64,000 nucleotides of DNA, taken from assembly GCA_963806225.1 (NCBI GenBank), contig CAWDXG010000004.1:4064001-4128000 (forward strand), in the 5' to 3' direction. Shown one piece after another: positions 19,208 to 30,414 of the stretch (positions are counted from its first letter, which is position 1; every line of letters begins with the position of its first letter). Below the pieces are notes generated by a model. That model had not been told where the DNA came from. It saw nothing but the letters and a program-made list of their open reading frames with translations, and ran no database searches. This DNA is from an uncultured delta proteobacterium (lineage in GTDB: Bacteria; Myxococcota_A; Polyangia; Polyangiales; Polyangiaceae). A program made the position numbers and the translations under genes.

Positions 19208-20248
19208 CTACTCGGCGGCGCTCATGTCGAAGCCATCCTTGGCGAGCTCCCTTTCGCTCTCCTCTAGTGCCTCGAACGGATCCTGCCAGTCCTCGTACTG
19301 CAGGATGTCGAGCTCGGCGAAGCGCTCGCGCTGGCGCTGGCTGAGCAGGCCGATGCGCTTCACGGCGGGCACGATCTTGCTGAACAGGATCTGCCGGAAC
19401 TGCCGCTGCCCTTCGTTGTTGAGCGCGATGTCCATGCACTCCTGCATGGGCAGGCCCATCTTTTCCCACACCTGCTGGAACAGGAAGCGGTCGCGCATCA
19501 GCACTGCAGACTCGTAGATGAAGTCCTCGCGCTCCTGCACGTCGGACTCCTTCATGTCCTTGTAGTAGTCGCGCAGCGACAGCACGCCGTAGGCGACGTG
19601 GCGCGCTTCGTCCTGCAGCACGTAGGTGGTCAGGTCCTTGAGCAGCGGCTCGAGCACCGTCTGGCGCGTCACACCGAATGCAGCCAGCGCGAGACCCTCC
19701 ACCATGATCTGCATGCCGAGCAGCTTCATGTCCCAGCGCGAGTCGGTGAGAATCAGATCCAGCAGCTTTTTCAGGTGTGGGCTGATCGGGTAGGAGTCGC
19801 CAACCTTCTCGTGCAGGTAGCGATCGAAGACCTCGACGTGGCGCGCCTCGTCGACGACCTGCGTCGCGACGTAGTACTTCGAGTCGATGTCGGGCACGGA
19901 GTTGACGAGCTGCGACGCCGCAAGCAGCGCGCCCTGCTCGCCGTGCAGGAACTGCGACTGCGTCCACGCCGGCATCTCGCGACGCAGCTGGTCGTGCTCC
20001 TTCTTCGTCAGCTTCGCGTAGATCTCCGAGCCGTACAGCGGGTGCATGAACTCGGGAATGTTGTCCTTGTCGAGGTCGACATCGATCGACCAGTCGAGAC
20101 GCTCGTCCGAGTTCCACTGCGCTTTCTTCGCCTTGCGATACAGCTCGCGCAGGTCATGGCGCGTCTCCTCGTAGCCCCAGTTGTAGTTGACATCGAGGGT
20201 GACCTCGATGCGCTCGATGTTCAGCGGACGGTGTGCGCTCTCGGACAT
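19208..20248 (-). CDS. Ferritin-like diiron protein (AurF/N-oxygenase-like family)
   Basis: SQFLHGEQGA, DEARH twice, QIMVEGLA. Confidence 0.88.
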   Translation of the reverse strand: MSESAHRPLNIERIEVTLDVNYNWGYEETRHDLRELYRKAKKAQWNSDERLDWSIDVDLDKDNIPEFMHPLYGSEIYAKLTKKEHDQLRREMPAWTQSQFLHGEQGALLAASQLVNSVPDIDSKYYVATQVVDEARHVEVFDRYLHEKVGDSYPISPHLKKLLDLILTDSRWDMKLLGMQIMVEGLALAAFGVTRQTVLEPLLKDLTTYVLQDEARHVAYGVLSLRDYYKDMKESDVQEREDFIYESAVLMRDRFLFQQVWEKMGLPMQECMDIALNNEGQRQFRQILFSKIVPAVKRIGLLSQRQRERFAELDILQYEDWQDPFEALEESERELAKDGFDMSAAE

Positions 20249-20281
20249 GGCTGGCTCCTACCGGGGGACGGGCGACCTCTA

Positions 20282-20348
20282 AAACTGAAACCTGGTTCAG
20301 GTTTGTTCCCTTCTTGATCCTGGTCAAGTTAAATCCGAAACCCGTTTC
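20282..20348. promoter_or_regulatory. Two imperfect palindromes, putative TetR operators between divergent genes
   Basis: CTGAA-ACCTGG-TTCAG (20285-20300) and GAAAC-CC-GTTTC (20337-20348) in an AT-richer intergenic gap. Confidence 0.55.
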
Positions 20349-20388
20349 ACTTTTCGTCCGGGCGGGGCTATCTTCAAGGGGGATTTCG

Positions 20389-21123
20389 ATGGCTCGAGCT
20401 GCCGGACAACAGAGAGTAGTAGTGCCGCTGGATCCGGCCCGGACCGAGCACGCCAGCGTGCCCCCACCCACCCGCTACACCCGCAGCTTCACCCAGAAGC
20501 GGGCGCGCGCGACCTACAACGCCTTGGTAGGCGCGGCTGCCGAGGTGTTCGCGGAAAAGGGCTTCGACGCGACGCAGACGCCCGACATCGCACGCCGCGC
20601 CGGCGTGAGCGTGGGCACGTTCTATCGCTACTTCAACGATAAGCGGCAGGTCTTCATCGAGATGATCACTGAATACCTCGAGGAGACCTACGAGAGCGTC
20701 ATGGGCAACCTCACGCCCGACGCGTTCGCTGCGACGCGCACGCCGCGCGACAGGCGCGCGACGGTGGATCACGTCATCGACGTGCTGTTCCAGAACGCTG
20801 CCGAGCACCCCGACCTGCACTTCGTGTTCCTCGCGATGTCGATGCGCGATCCCGAGGTCGCCGAGATCCGGCTGCGCTTCGAGAAGCGCGGAAGGCAGGC
20901 GCTCGCTGCGGTCATCGAAGCGGTCGTGCCACGCGAGCGCATCCCCGATCCTCTCGCAGCAGCCGAAGTGATCCAGCTTGCCGCAGAGGAGGCCGCGACG
21001 GCAACCACCGGCGGCCGCGGTCCTCGAGCGTCCCCCGAGCGCGCACAGGCGCTCCGCAACGCGCTCGCCGACATGATCTACCGCTACGTGTTCGGTACCG
21101 AGGAAGTGCCGCCCGGCGAGTAG
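20389..21123 (+). CDS. TetR/AcrR family transcriptional regulator
   Basis: GFDATQTPDIARRAGVSVGTFYRYFNDK. Confidence 0.92.
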   Translation: MARAAGQQRVVVPLDPARTEHASVPPPTRYTRSFTQKRARATYNALVGAAAEVFAEKGFDATQTPDIARRAGVSVGTFYRYFNDKRQVFIEMITEYLEETYESVMGNLTPDAFAATRTPRDRRATVDHVIDVLFQNAAEHPDLHFVFLAMSMRDPEVAEIRLRFEKRGRQALAAVIEAVVPRERIPDPLAAAEVIQLAAEEAATATTGGRGPRASPERAQALRNALADMIYRYVFGTEEVPPGE

Positions 21124-21224
21124 CTCGCGGATCGCGATTTTCGCGCACTCTGCGAAGTCTGGAAAATCCCTGGCGCGTGCGGGTGCACGCGTTAGCTTGA
21201 TCTACGTCAAGAGAGGGGGGCGTC

Positions 21225-21476
21225 ATGCCGCATTTCATGGATGTTCATACCGAGATGAAAGGCATCACCAAGCAGCAACTCGAGGAGGCGCACCGCGCCG
21301 ACCAGAAGCTGGAGAAGGCAGAGAAGGTGCACTTCATCAAGGCCTGGGCCGACCCGAAGACAGGGCGCGTCTTCTGCCTTTCGGAAGCACCGAATCGTGA
21401 AGCCGTGCAGCGGGTCCACGAGCGCGCCGGACACAAGCCGAACGAGATCTACGAAGTTCCGCTGAGCACCGAGTAG
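21225..21476 (+). CDS. DUF4242 (SCO4226-like) small protein
   Basis: FMDVH...AHRAD...GRVFCLSEAP...VHERAGH...EIYEV; RBS upstream. Confidence 0.85.
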   Translation: MPHFMDVHTEMKGITKQQLEEAHRADQKLEKAEKVHFIKAWADPKTGRVFCLSEAPNREAVQRVHERAGHKPNEIYEVPLSTE

Positions 21477-21524
21477 CGCGAGCACACGAGCCTGGACACG
21501 CCCCGATGCCGGCGCGGCGCGGTT

Positions 21525-22823
21525 TCAGCGCTGCGTCGGTAGGGGACGGATGCACGCCGCGCCCCAGCGCTCGGCGTCTTCGTGTCGAACGCCGAAGCAG
21601 GCGCGCCGTACCGCGCAGTCCTCGCAACCCGCCAGGTAGCGCCTGAAGGGAACGGGCTCGACGACGCGCATCGGGTCGACCACGCCGGGGTCGGCGTCGA
21701 ACGCGCACAGAGGCGCGCCGCACGGGTCGGCTACTCCCTGCACCGCCACGCCCGATTCCACAGCGGCCTGGAGGGTGCGCATGAGCGCATCGCGAACCAC
21801 GTCGGGGTGCACGTTGGACGGGTCCTCTTCGGGTGATGGCGCAAAAGGCCGCGACGGATACGACAGCGACAAGCCGGAGAGAAGCGGGTGGGCGTTGAAC
21901 GCGGTCGCGATGAATCCGGGCAGAGTCGGCACCGTGGACAACGACGCAGGCACGAGCACCGCGTTCAGCTGGACGCGGACGCCCGCGGCGAGCAGCGCAC
22001 GGATCCCGTCGACCGTGCGCTGGTGCGTGCCCGGAGCGCGCGTGAGCCGATCGGAGACCGCCGGGTCGGAGCTCTGTAGCGAAACGAACGCCGCGTCGAG
22101 TCCGTTCTGCGCGAGCTCCCCCGCACGGTCATCCCGCGCCAGGAGCACGGCGTTCGTCTCGAGGCAGATATGCCTCATGCCGAGGGCGCGCGCGTGACGG
22201 ATGTGCCCGGCGAGCTGGCTGTCCAGCGTCGGCTCTCCCCCGGAGATGTTCAGCCGCTCCACACCGGCCCGCGCTAGATCCTCGATCCACAGGCGCACCT
22301 GCTCCGGACCGAAGTCGCCCCACTGCCGCGACTGCCAGCAGAATCCGCAGTCCTGGTTGCAGCGGAATCCGGTCCGCACGAGCCCGGTGTTTTCCACACC
22401 CGGAATCACCTGCCGGAAAAACTCGAGCGGGATGTCGAGCGGAAGAGCTCCAAGCGGCCTGGCTGCAGCGCGAGCTGCCTTCCAGCGCTCGCTCGTCACG
22501 GAAACCTCGAGGCGCCGGCTCAGGATTTCCAGGGCCCGCCGCACACGTTGATCGCGAGCACGATGCCGCACCGTGGTGCGCGCGCGCGACCTTTCGGCAT
22601 CCCATTCGATGTAAAGGATGTGGTCACTCTGTCGTTCCGGCTCGCGCAGGGTCAGGGCGAAGGCTCCGTTTTCGGTGCTCACGTCCACCAGCTCGAGCGC
22701 GAAATGGGGGAGCGAGACGGGCAGCTCGGGGGCCCGGACCAGGACACGCGCGACGTCGCGCCGGATCTCCTGCGCGCGATCGTGGGGCGGCTCGGGATCG
22801 CGGAAGCTGACGGCCTCGGTCAC
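21525..22823 (-). CDS. Radical SAM protein with C-terminal Cys cluster (HxsC-like architecture)
   Basis: CNQDCGFC, SGGEP, ETN; C-terminal PCGAPLC and CEDCAVRRACFG. Confidence 0.85.
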   Translation of the reverse strand: MTEAVSFRDPEPPHDRAQEIRRDVARVLVRAPELPVSLPHFALELVDVSTENGAFALTLREPERQSDHILYIEWDAERSRARTTVRHRARDQRVRRALEILSRRLEVSVTSERWKAARAAARPLGALPLDIPLEFFRQVIPGVENTGLVRTGFRCNQDCGFCWQSRQWGDFGPEQVRLWIEDLARAGVERLNISGGEPTLDSQLAGHIRHARALGMRHICLETNAVLLARDDRAGELAQNGLDAAFVSLQSSDPAVSDRLTRAPGTHQRTVDGIRALLAAGVRVQLNAVLVPASLSTVPTLPGFIATAFNAHPLLSGLSLSYPSRPFAPSPEEDPSNVHPDVVRDALMRTLQAAVESGVAVQGVADPCGAPLCAFDADPGVVDPMRVVEPVPFRRYLAGCEDCAVRRACFGVRHEDAERWGAACIRPLPTQR

Positions 22824-22868
22824 GGCGCGGATATTCTAGCAGCGTCGCGCAAACCAGGCTGAACGCGG

Positions 22869-23966
<1,098 letters not shown>

Positions 23967-24000
23967 GGTCCGGACAATGTAACCATCCGGAATGATGTCG

Positions 24001-25239
24001 CTAGTCGCCGCGCGCCGCGGCGTTGTAGACGCCCTTCGCCATCAGGCTCGTCTCCGCTTCGGCCCGCGCGCTGTACACCTTGCGGCGGACATCGCGGACG
24101 GCCGCGTCGTCCGGCGCGGCGAGCCCTGCGGTCTCGGCCAGGTGACACGCCAGCCGGTGCTGGCCCGCTGCGGAGAGCTCCTGGGCGCGGTCCGCCAGCC
24201 GCGCTGTTCCGCCCGAGAGCGCTGCCAGCTCGCGTGCCAGCTCGACTTCGCGCGCCGGCTTGAGGTGCGCCGGATTGCCGTCGTACCAGCCGCCGTACAA
24301 GCGCCACAGGTTCCGCACGATGAACTCCGGCTCGTCGTACACCGGGCGGAGGTAGGGGCGGGTCAAGAGCCGTTCCGGCGCCTTGACCTCGTGCAGGATG
24401 TCGTTCAGGCGCGCGCCCTGGTTCATCAGCTCGAGCGTGCGGTCGTGCAGGAGCTCGAGCAGCTCCGCCGTCTCGGAAAGCGCCTGGCGGATGCGGTCGG
24501 CACCGACGATGGGTGGACCATGGCCGGGGAACATCGTCTCGGCGCCGAGCGCCGACATCGTTCGCAGGGCGAGCGCCCAGTCGCGCGGATAGCGCTGCAC
24601 CTTCTGCGGATTGCCGCAATTCGGCGATGCCCAGATAAACAGATCACCCGGACACAGCACCTTCCGCCCCGGCATCCACACCCAGGTGTGATCGTCGGTC
24701 TCGCCGCGCGCGTGATGAAGCTCGAAGCGCTCGCCGCCCACCTCGACGGACAGCTCGCGCTGGTACGTCACGTCCGGCATGCGGTAGTCCGTCGGCCACT
24801 TCGTGGCCATGCCGAACTGCCGCGCATTGATGTGCTCGTTGTAGCCGGCGGTCCTGCGGTAGCGCTCGAAGCGATCGGGCACGGCTTCGTGCGCGATCAC
24901 TTCGGGCAACCGCTCGCCTCGCTCGCGCGCCTCGCTTTCGAAGGGATCGAGACCGAAGGCGTGATCCACATGGCCGTGCGTGTAGACCGCCGTGTGCACC
25001 GGCGCCTTCGACCACTCGCGGATGTTCGTGTGATTGTTGGCGGCGAGGAAGAAGCTGCCCGTGTCGATGAGCACGAGCCCTCTGCCGGTCTCGACCGCGG
25101 TCACGTTGGCGAAGCTCGACAGGAAAGCCAGCCCCGGCGCAAATTCCTCGAGCCCGAGCAGCACCGTGAACGGGTGTAGCCCCTCGGTGCTGTCGTCACC
25201 GGTCCAGAGCCGTTCGGCGAGTTCGCTGACCTTGCCCAT
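24001..25239 (-). CDS. MBL-fold alkyl sulfatase-like hydrolase with dimerisation domain
   Basis: YTHGHVDH, GETDD, PNCGNPQKVQRY, PGHG, GWYDGNPAHL. Confidence 0.88.
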   Translation of the reverse strand: MGKVSELAERLWTGDDSTEGLHPFTVLLGLEEFAPGLAFLSSFANVTAVETGRGLVLIDTGSFFLAANNHTNIREWSKAPVHTAVYTHGHVDHAFGLDPFESEARERGERLPEVIAHEAVPDRFERYRRTAGYNEHINARQFGMATKWPTDYRMPDVTYQRELSVEVGGERFELHHARGETDDHTWVWMPGRKVLCPGDLFIWASPNCGNPQKVQRYPRDWALALRTMSALGAETMFPGHGPPIVGADRIRQALSETAELLELLHDRTLELMNQGARLNDILHEVKAPERLLTRPYLRPVYDEPEFIVRNLWRLYGGWYDGNPAHLKPAREVELARELAALSGGTARLADRAQELSAAGQHRLACHLAETAGLAAPDDAAVRDVRRKVYSARAEAETSLMAKGVYNAAARGD

Positions 25240-25253
25240 CCTGGGCCCCCTTC

Positions 25254-26006
25254 CTAGAGCTTCGTCTTGTCGATTCCCTCTGCTTCGAGCACCGAATCCT
25301 GCACCTTGCACAGCTCCTCGATGCCTTCCAGGGCCAGGTCGGTCATCGCATCGATGTCGGACCGGGGCACGGCTTCGCCTTCGGCGGTTCCCTGGATCTC
25401 GACGATACCGCCGCGCGCCGTGGCGACTACGTTCAGATCGACGCGCGCGGTGCTGTCCTCGGCATAGCAGAGGTCGAGAGCGTACGCGTCGTCGACGTGT
25501 CCGACGCTCACGGCAGCGACCTGGTCGCGCATCACTGCGCGGTCGAGGCGCCGCTGGCGGCGGATCTCGTTCAGGGCGAGCGCTAGAGCGATCCAGCCGC
25601 CGGTGACCGAGGCGGTGCGGGTGCCGCCGTCGGCCTCCAGCACATCGCAGTCGATGACGATGCTGCGCTCGCCGAGCTTGTCGAGGTCGACCGCCGCGCG
25701 CAGGGAGCGCCCGATGAGCCGCTGGATCTCCCGCGCCCGACCACCGAGCGGCTTGTTGCGACCGTCGCGGCTCTCGCGGCGCTTGGGGTTGGCGCGCGGG
25801 TGCATCTGGTATTCCGCAGTGACCCAGCCGCGCCCCTTGCCCTTGAGGAACTCGGGGACGGAGTCGTCGATCGAGGCGGTGCACAGAACCACCGTGCCGC
25901 CGGCACGATACAGCACCGAGCCTTCACTCAGCCGGTGGAAGCCCGGCGTGACTTCCACCGGGCGGATGATCCTGAGGTCGCGTCCTCCGCGCTTGTCCTT
26001 GGCCAT
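25254..26006 (-). CDS. rph: Ribonuclease PH
   Basis: GWVTAEY, EIQRLIGRSLRA, DCDVLEADGGTRTASVTG, EIQGTAE. Confidence 0.96.
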   Translation of the reverse strand: MAKDKRGGRDLRIIRPVEVTPGFHRLSEGSVLYRAGGTVVLCTASIDDSVPEFLKGKGRGWVTAEYQMHPRANPKRRESRDGRNKPLGGRAREIQRLIGRSLRAAVDLDKLGERSIVIDCDVLEADGGTRTASVTGGWIALALALNEIRRQRRLDRAVMRDQVAAVSVGHVDDAYALDLCYAEDSTARVDLNVVATARGGIVEIQGTAEGEAVPRSDIDAMTDLALEGIEELCKVQDSVLEAEGIDKTKL

Positions 26007-26104
26007 AGCCCCCGGCCCATAACACGAAGCGTGCCCGACGGCTGCAACCGGCGGCGAGGTTCTACTGCTTGCGCCGATGCGGGTCGGGAATCAATATCGA
26101 GGAG

Positions 26105-26836
26105 GTGGCCACGACCGAGAGCGAGAGCGAGCACCCGGCGCCCGCGGTCCCTCCACTGAAGCTCTCCGAGGTGTTCGAGAGCCTGCAGGGCGAGGGGCCG
26201 AGCGCGGGCGAACCGTGCGTCTTCGTCAGGCTCGCCACGTGCAATCTGCGCTGCAGCTGGTGCGATACCCGGTACACCTGGGACTGGCAGAGCTACGACT
26301 ACGATACCGAGGTGAAGCTGGAGAGCGTGAGCGAAGTGTCGGCGCGGCTTTCGTCGGCGCGCACGCGCCGCCTCGTGCTCACTGGTGGCGAGCCGCTGCT
26401 GCAGCAACCCGCGTTGCTCGAGCTTCTGTCGCACATGCCGGGGACCGTCTTCGTGGAGGTCGAGACGAACGGGACGCTCGCGCCGCGTCCCGAGCTGATC
26501 GAGCGCGTGGATCAATGGAACGTCTCGCCCAAGCTCTCGAACGGAGGCGACGTGGAACGCCTGCGGATCAAGCCGGCGGCGCTCCGGGTCCTGCGCGACA
26601 CCGGCCGCGCGTGGCTCAAGCTGGTCATCCGCGGCGAGCAGGACCTCGGCGAGGCCGAAGCAGTGGTGGGTCTGAGCGGGTGGCCACGGGAACGAGTGAT
26701 GCTGATGCCCCAGGCACAGAACCGACAGGAGCTCGGAGAGCGCTCGCCGGACGTGGCGGCGGCCTGCGTGGCGACGGGCTATCGCTTCTCGCCGCGCCTG
26801 CACCTCGAGCTGTACGACGGCCGGCGCGGAACCTAG
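26105..26836 (+). CDS. queE: 7-carboxy-7-deazaguanine synthase (radical SAM)
   Basis: [38 protein letters not shown]. Confidence 0.92.
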   Translation: MATTESESEHPAPAVPPLKLSEVFESLQGEGPSAGEPCVFVRLATCNLRCSWCDTRYTWDWQSYDYDTEVKLESVSEVSARLSSARTRRLVLTGGEPLLQQPALLELLSHMPGTVFVEVETNGTLAPRPELIERVDQWNVSPKLSNGGDVERLRIKPAALRVLRDTGRAWLKLVIRGEQDLGEAEAVVGLSGWPRERVMLMPQAQNRQELGERSPDVAAACVATGYRFSPRLHLELYDGRRGT

Positions 26837-27516
26837 CGCTGGGCGCCCAGCTTGCCGCGCGGACCGCGCCGCGAGAGCCACTCGACGATGAAGACGGCGA
26901 CGAAGCCGAGCGCCACGGCGATCCACAAGAGCGCGCGCGCTTCGCCGGGGCGACCCGCCTGCTCCGCGCTGAAGATGGCGAGCGACAGCGTCTGGGTCTT
27001 GCCCGGGATGTTGCCGGCCACGATCACGGTCGCACCGAACTCGCCGAGCGCGCGCGAAAATCCGAGGATCAGCCCGGCAAGCAGGCCGCGCGCAGCGAGC
27101 GGCAGCGTGATGCGCACGAAGGTCTCCCCGGCGCCGAAGCCGAGCGTGCGCGCCATGCTCTCGAGCCGCGGATCGACCCCCTCGAACGCGACCCGCGCCG
27201 TACGCACGACCAGTGGCCATGCCATCACCGACGACGCGATGACCGCGCCCTTCCAGGTGAGCAGAAGATCCAGGTCGAAGCCCAGCGTCTGCACGCCGAG
27301 CGGGCCGTCTACGGCCAGCGTGCTGAGCAGCAGATAGCCGACGGCCGTCGGCGGCAGCACTAGTGGCAGCGCGACGAGTGTCTCCACGACGCTCTTTCCG
27401 AAGAAGCTGCGCCGCGCGAGCAGGTACGCGACCAGCACTGCGGGCACGGCGATCAGCAGAATCGCGCTGGAAGCGATCTGCAGGGTCAGAAGCAGCGTCG
27501 TGCCGGGATCCGCCAT
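26833..27516 (-). CDS. modB: Molybdate ABC transporter permease
   Basis: [31 protein letters not shown]. Confidence 0.95.
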   Translation of the reverse strand: MADPGTTLLLTLQIASSAILLIAVPAVLVAYLLARRSFFGKSVVETLVALPLVLPPTAVGYLLLSTLAVDGPLGVQTLGFDLDLLLTWKGAVIASSVMAWPLVVRTARVAFEGVDPRLESMARTLGFGAGETFVRITLPLAARGLLAGLILGFSRALGEFGATVIVAGNIPGKTQTLSLAIFSAEQAGRPGEARALLWIAVALGFVAVFIVEWLSRRGPRGKLGAQR

Positions 27517-27567
27517 GTCGAGCAGCTACGCCTCCTGCCTACCCCGCCGTTATCCAGTCCCGGTCCG

Positions 27568-28377
27568 CTACTTCTCCGCTACCGGGTGCAGCATGCCGAA
27601 ACCCCAGCGCTTGTATACGGCCGCGGCGTCCGGGGTCTCCAGATAGGCGAGCAGCGCCTTGGCTTCGCCCGGGTGCGGCCGACCGCCGATCTGCGCTACC
27701 GGGTAGCGGATAGGCGGCCCCTGGTCGACGGGCACCCGGTACAGCGCCTTGACGCCCTGGCTCTGCACCAGGTCGGACGAATACACGATGCCGAGCCGGC
27801 GCGGGTCGGCGGCGACCGCAGCCAGCGCCGCGCGCACGTCGAGCGCCGGCACGAGCTTCGGCTTGACCGCATCCCACAGCGTGCCGCCCTGATAGCGGAT
27901 GCCCTCGAGGTAGTGCTTCGCGTAGCGGCCCGCCGGGACCGCATCGGGCTGGGCCAGCACCAGATGCTCGTAGCGCGCCGTCGCCAGATCGACGGGCTTG
28001 CCGATCTTCACCTTGCTTTCCCTGCGTGCCACCACGACCAGCGCGTTGGTCAGGAGCGAGCGGCGGGAGCCAGGAACGAGCAGCTGCTTCTTTTCGAGGT
28101 AATCCATCCACTTCTCGTCTGCCGAGAAGTAGACGTCCGCACCCCGCGAGCTGGCAATCTGTCGAGCCAGCGCGTTCGAGCCGGCGAAGTTCAGCTCGAC
28201 GGCCACGTCGGGATGCTCCGCCTGGTAGCGCCTGGCCAGCTCGTGCATCGCGTCCTGCAGGCTCGCAGCGGCAAACAGACGGAGCTCCGTCTTGTCGTGG
28301 CGGTGGCAGCCCGGGGCAGCGCACAGCAGCGGCGCCAGCACAAGCAGGCACCAGAGACGCCGTAGGAAGACTCTCAT
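27568..28377 (-). CDS. modA: Molybdate ABC transporter substrate-binding protein
   Basis: FAAASL, FAGSNALARQI, ADVYFSAD, VPAGRYA, GIVYSSD. Confidence 0.95.
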   Translation of the reverse strand: MRVFLRRLWCLLVLAPLLCAAPGCHRHDKTELRLFAAASLQDAMHELARRYQAEHPDVAVELNFAGSNALARQIASSRGADVYFSADEKWMDYLEKKQLLVPGSRRSLLTNALVVVARRESKVKIGKPVDLATARYEHLVLAQPDAVPAGRYAKHYLEGIRYQGGTLWDAVKPKLVPALDVRAALAAVAADPRRLGIVYSSDLVQSQGVKALYRVPVDQGPPIRYPVAQIGGRPHPGEAKALLAYLETPDAAAVYKRWGFGMLHPVAEK

Positions 28378-28514
28378 GTCGGCCGATCGTGGCACATCCC
28401 GCTCGGCTCCTGGCCGAGGCCGCAGCGACTGCCGTAGGGCTGCACCCACCCGCCGGCTGGACGGCCTGTTCAGGCGGGGCCGGCTCGCGTAGTCTCGACG
28501 GCATGTGGGAAGCG

Positions 28515-30386
28515 ATGGTGCGCGCGGGGGCAGTGGCGCTGGCTTGCCTGGGGCTGGCGGCGGGCTGCTCGTCCGGCAAGAGCACGAGCAGCGCGAGCGG
28601 CGGCTACTGCGAAAAGCAGCCTGCTGGCGACAGCTACAACGACAAGCTCGGCTGCGACCAGCGCTGCCCCGGCGACAAGGGCTGCGCGAAGAGCAGCGAC
28701 CCGACCTTCTATGCGGGCGCCGCCATCGAGGACATCACGCCCAAGGTCGACTACGTCGTGGCCTGGGCCCCGGGGCGCGAGAACGAGAACTCGTTCAACC
28801 CACAGCTCGGCGACAAGTGCGTCGAGAAGGCGACCTGCGACCTCTCGAATCCCGCAAGCTGCCCTGCGGTGGATCCCACGCAGTGCACGTGGATGGCCGG
28901 GTTCGGGATCGGTCGCCCCGCCGAGGGCGTCGCGGACCAGACCAACGTGCGCTGCATCGTGATGAAGCAGGGCAACACCAAGCTCGGCATGTGCTCGGTG
29001 GACGCGATCGGCTGGTTCTACAACGAGGTCCAGCGCACGCGCGATCTGATCCAGCAGAAGTACCCGGATCTCGATCTCGACTACCTCGCGGTGGCCGCCG
29101 AGCACGATCACGAGACCCAGGACGTGATGGGCCAGTGGGGTCCGGTCGATGGGCAGAGCGGCGTCAAGAAGGACTACAACGCCATGATCCGCGAGAAGAC
29201 CGCGGCAGCGCTGGACAAGGCGGACAAGGCGCTAGAGCCGGTGCACCTCGAGTTCGGCGCCAGCACCGTGGACGGCCACATCAAGGAGACGGACCCGGCA
29301 GGCAACAAGACCGCGGCGTTCGTCAGCGACGTGCGCGATCCGGTGGTCCTCGACAACCAGCTGAGGACGATCCGCTTCGTTTCCACCAAGGACAGCTCCA
29401 CCGTCGCTACGATGATCAACTGGTGCAGCCACCCGGAGTTCTCCGACGACAAGAACATGATGATCACGGCCGACTACGTGCACACGCTGCGCGAAGGCGT
29501 GGAAAAGGGCCTCGACATCAAGGACTCGTCCGGCAAGCAGATCTACAAAGCGGATGGCGTCGGCGGGATCGCCGTCTTCTTCAACGGCGCGCTGGGCGGC
29601 CAGGTCGGCCCCGGCGAGGTGCAGCACGTCGACTGGGAAGGCAACCCGGTGCCCGAAGGCATCCAGCGGGCGTACAACGACGGACAGCTACTGGCGGCGT
29701 ATGCGCTCGAATCACTGCACAAGGGCGTGGACGCGCGCGAGACGGCCGCACTCGGTTTCAGGTCGCGCGAGATCTATCTCACCGTGAAGAACGCCGCGTT
29801 CCACATCGCGATCGCCCAGCAGCTGTTCGACCGCGACGGCGAGCTCTACGACAAGACGGTGCCGCTCGGCGAAGGCAACGAGCCCCAGATCCGCTCACAG
29901 ATCTTCGTGCTCGACGTCGGGCCAGCCGAGCTGGTCAGCGTCCCGGGCGAGTTGGATGCCGAGCTGCTGCTCGCCACGCGCGATGGCACCACGTCGCTCG
30001 ACAAGCCGTACCCGTTCACGCCGGAGCCGTACCACGTGCTCAACGACCCGCAGCACAACCCCCAGTGCGGCCAGGACGGCCACTCGCGCTGCGACGACGG
30101 CCCACCGGACATCTCCAGGATGGACCGCAGCAAGGTCATCGACCTCGCCCGCGATCCGGACGCCAAGTACCGCTGGGTGATCGGCCTCGGGCAGGACGAG
30201 CTCGGCTACGTGGTTCCGGAATACGACTACAAGCTCGACCCGCAGGACCCGTACTTCAGCGAGGCCTCACCGGGTGATCACTACGAAGAGACCAACTCGG
30301 TCGGGCCCAACGTGCAGCACGACACGGTCGACCCGATCCTGCAGCTACTGCGCTCGCCACCGGTGATCCAGCGCGAGCCGCTGTAG
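28515..30386 (+). CDS. Lipoprotein, neutral/alkaline ceramidase-like fold (tentative)
   Basis: Lipobox LAAGC; WMAGFG, HDHE, NWCSHPE, ITADY, PGE, DELGY, HYEETNS. Confidence 0.7.
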   Translation: MVRAGAVALACLGLAAGCSSGKSTSSASGGYCEKQPAGDSYNDKLGCDQRCPGDKGCAKSSDPTFYAGAAIEDITPKVDYVVAWAPGRENENSFNPQLGDKCVEKATCDLSNPASCPAVDPTQCTWMAGFGIGRPAEGVADQTNVRCIVMKQGNTKLGMCSVDAIGWFYNEVQRTRDLIQQKYPDLDLDYLAVAAEHDHETQDVMGQWGPVDGQSGVKKDYNAMIREKTAAALDKADKALEPVHLEFGASTVDGHIKETDPAGNKTAAFVSDVRDPVVLDNQLRTIRFVSTKDSSTVATMINWCSHPEFSDDKNMMITADYVHTLREGVEKGLDIKDSSGKQIYKADGVGGIAVFFNGALGGQVGPGEVQHVDWEGNPVPEGIQRAYNDGQLLAAYALESLHKGVDARETAALGFRSREIYLTVKNAAFHIAIAQQLFDRDGELYDKTVPLGEGNEPQIRSQIFVLDVGPAELVSVPGELDAELLLATRDGTTSLDKPYPFTPEPYHVLNDPQHNPQCGQDGHSRCDDGPPDISRMDRSKVIDLARDPDAKYRWVIGLGQDELGYVVPEYDYKLDPQDPYFSEASPGDHYEETNSVGPNVQHDTVDPILQLLRSPPVIQREPL

Positions 30387-30414
30387 CCCGGAACCCGAGC
30401 CCGTTCTGGAACGG

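Noticed and set aside
17171..19267. Long antisense or alternate-frame ORFs (this 698-aa ORF and others such as 6438-8207, 28505-30277, 52616-54241)
   Set aside because: Shadow ORFs typical of high-GC coding DNA; Arg/Ala/Pro-rich, no motifs, and they overlap well-supported genes
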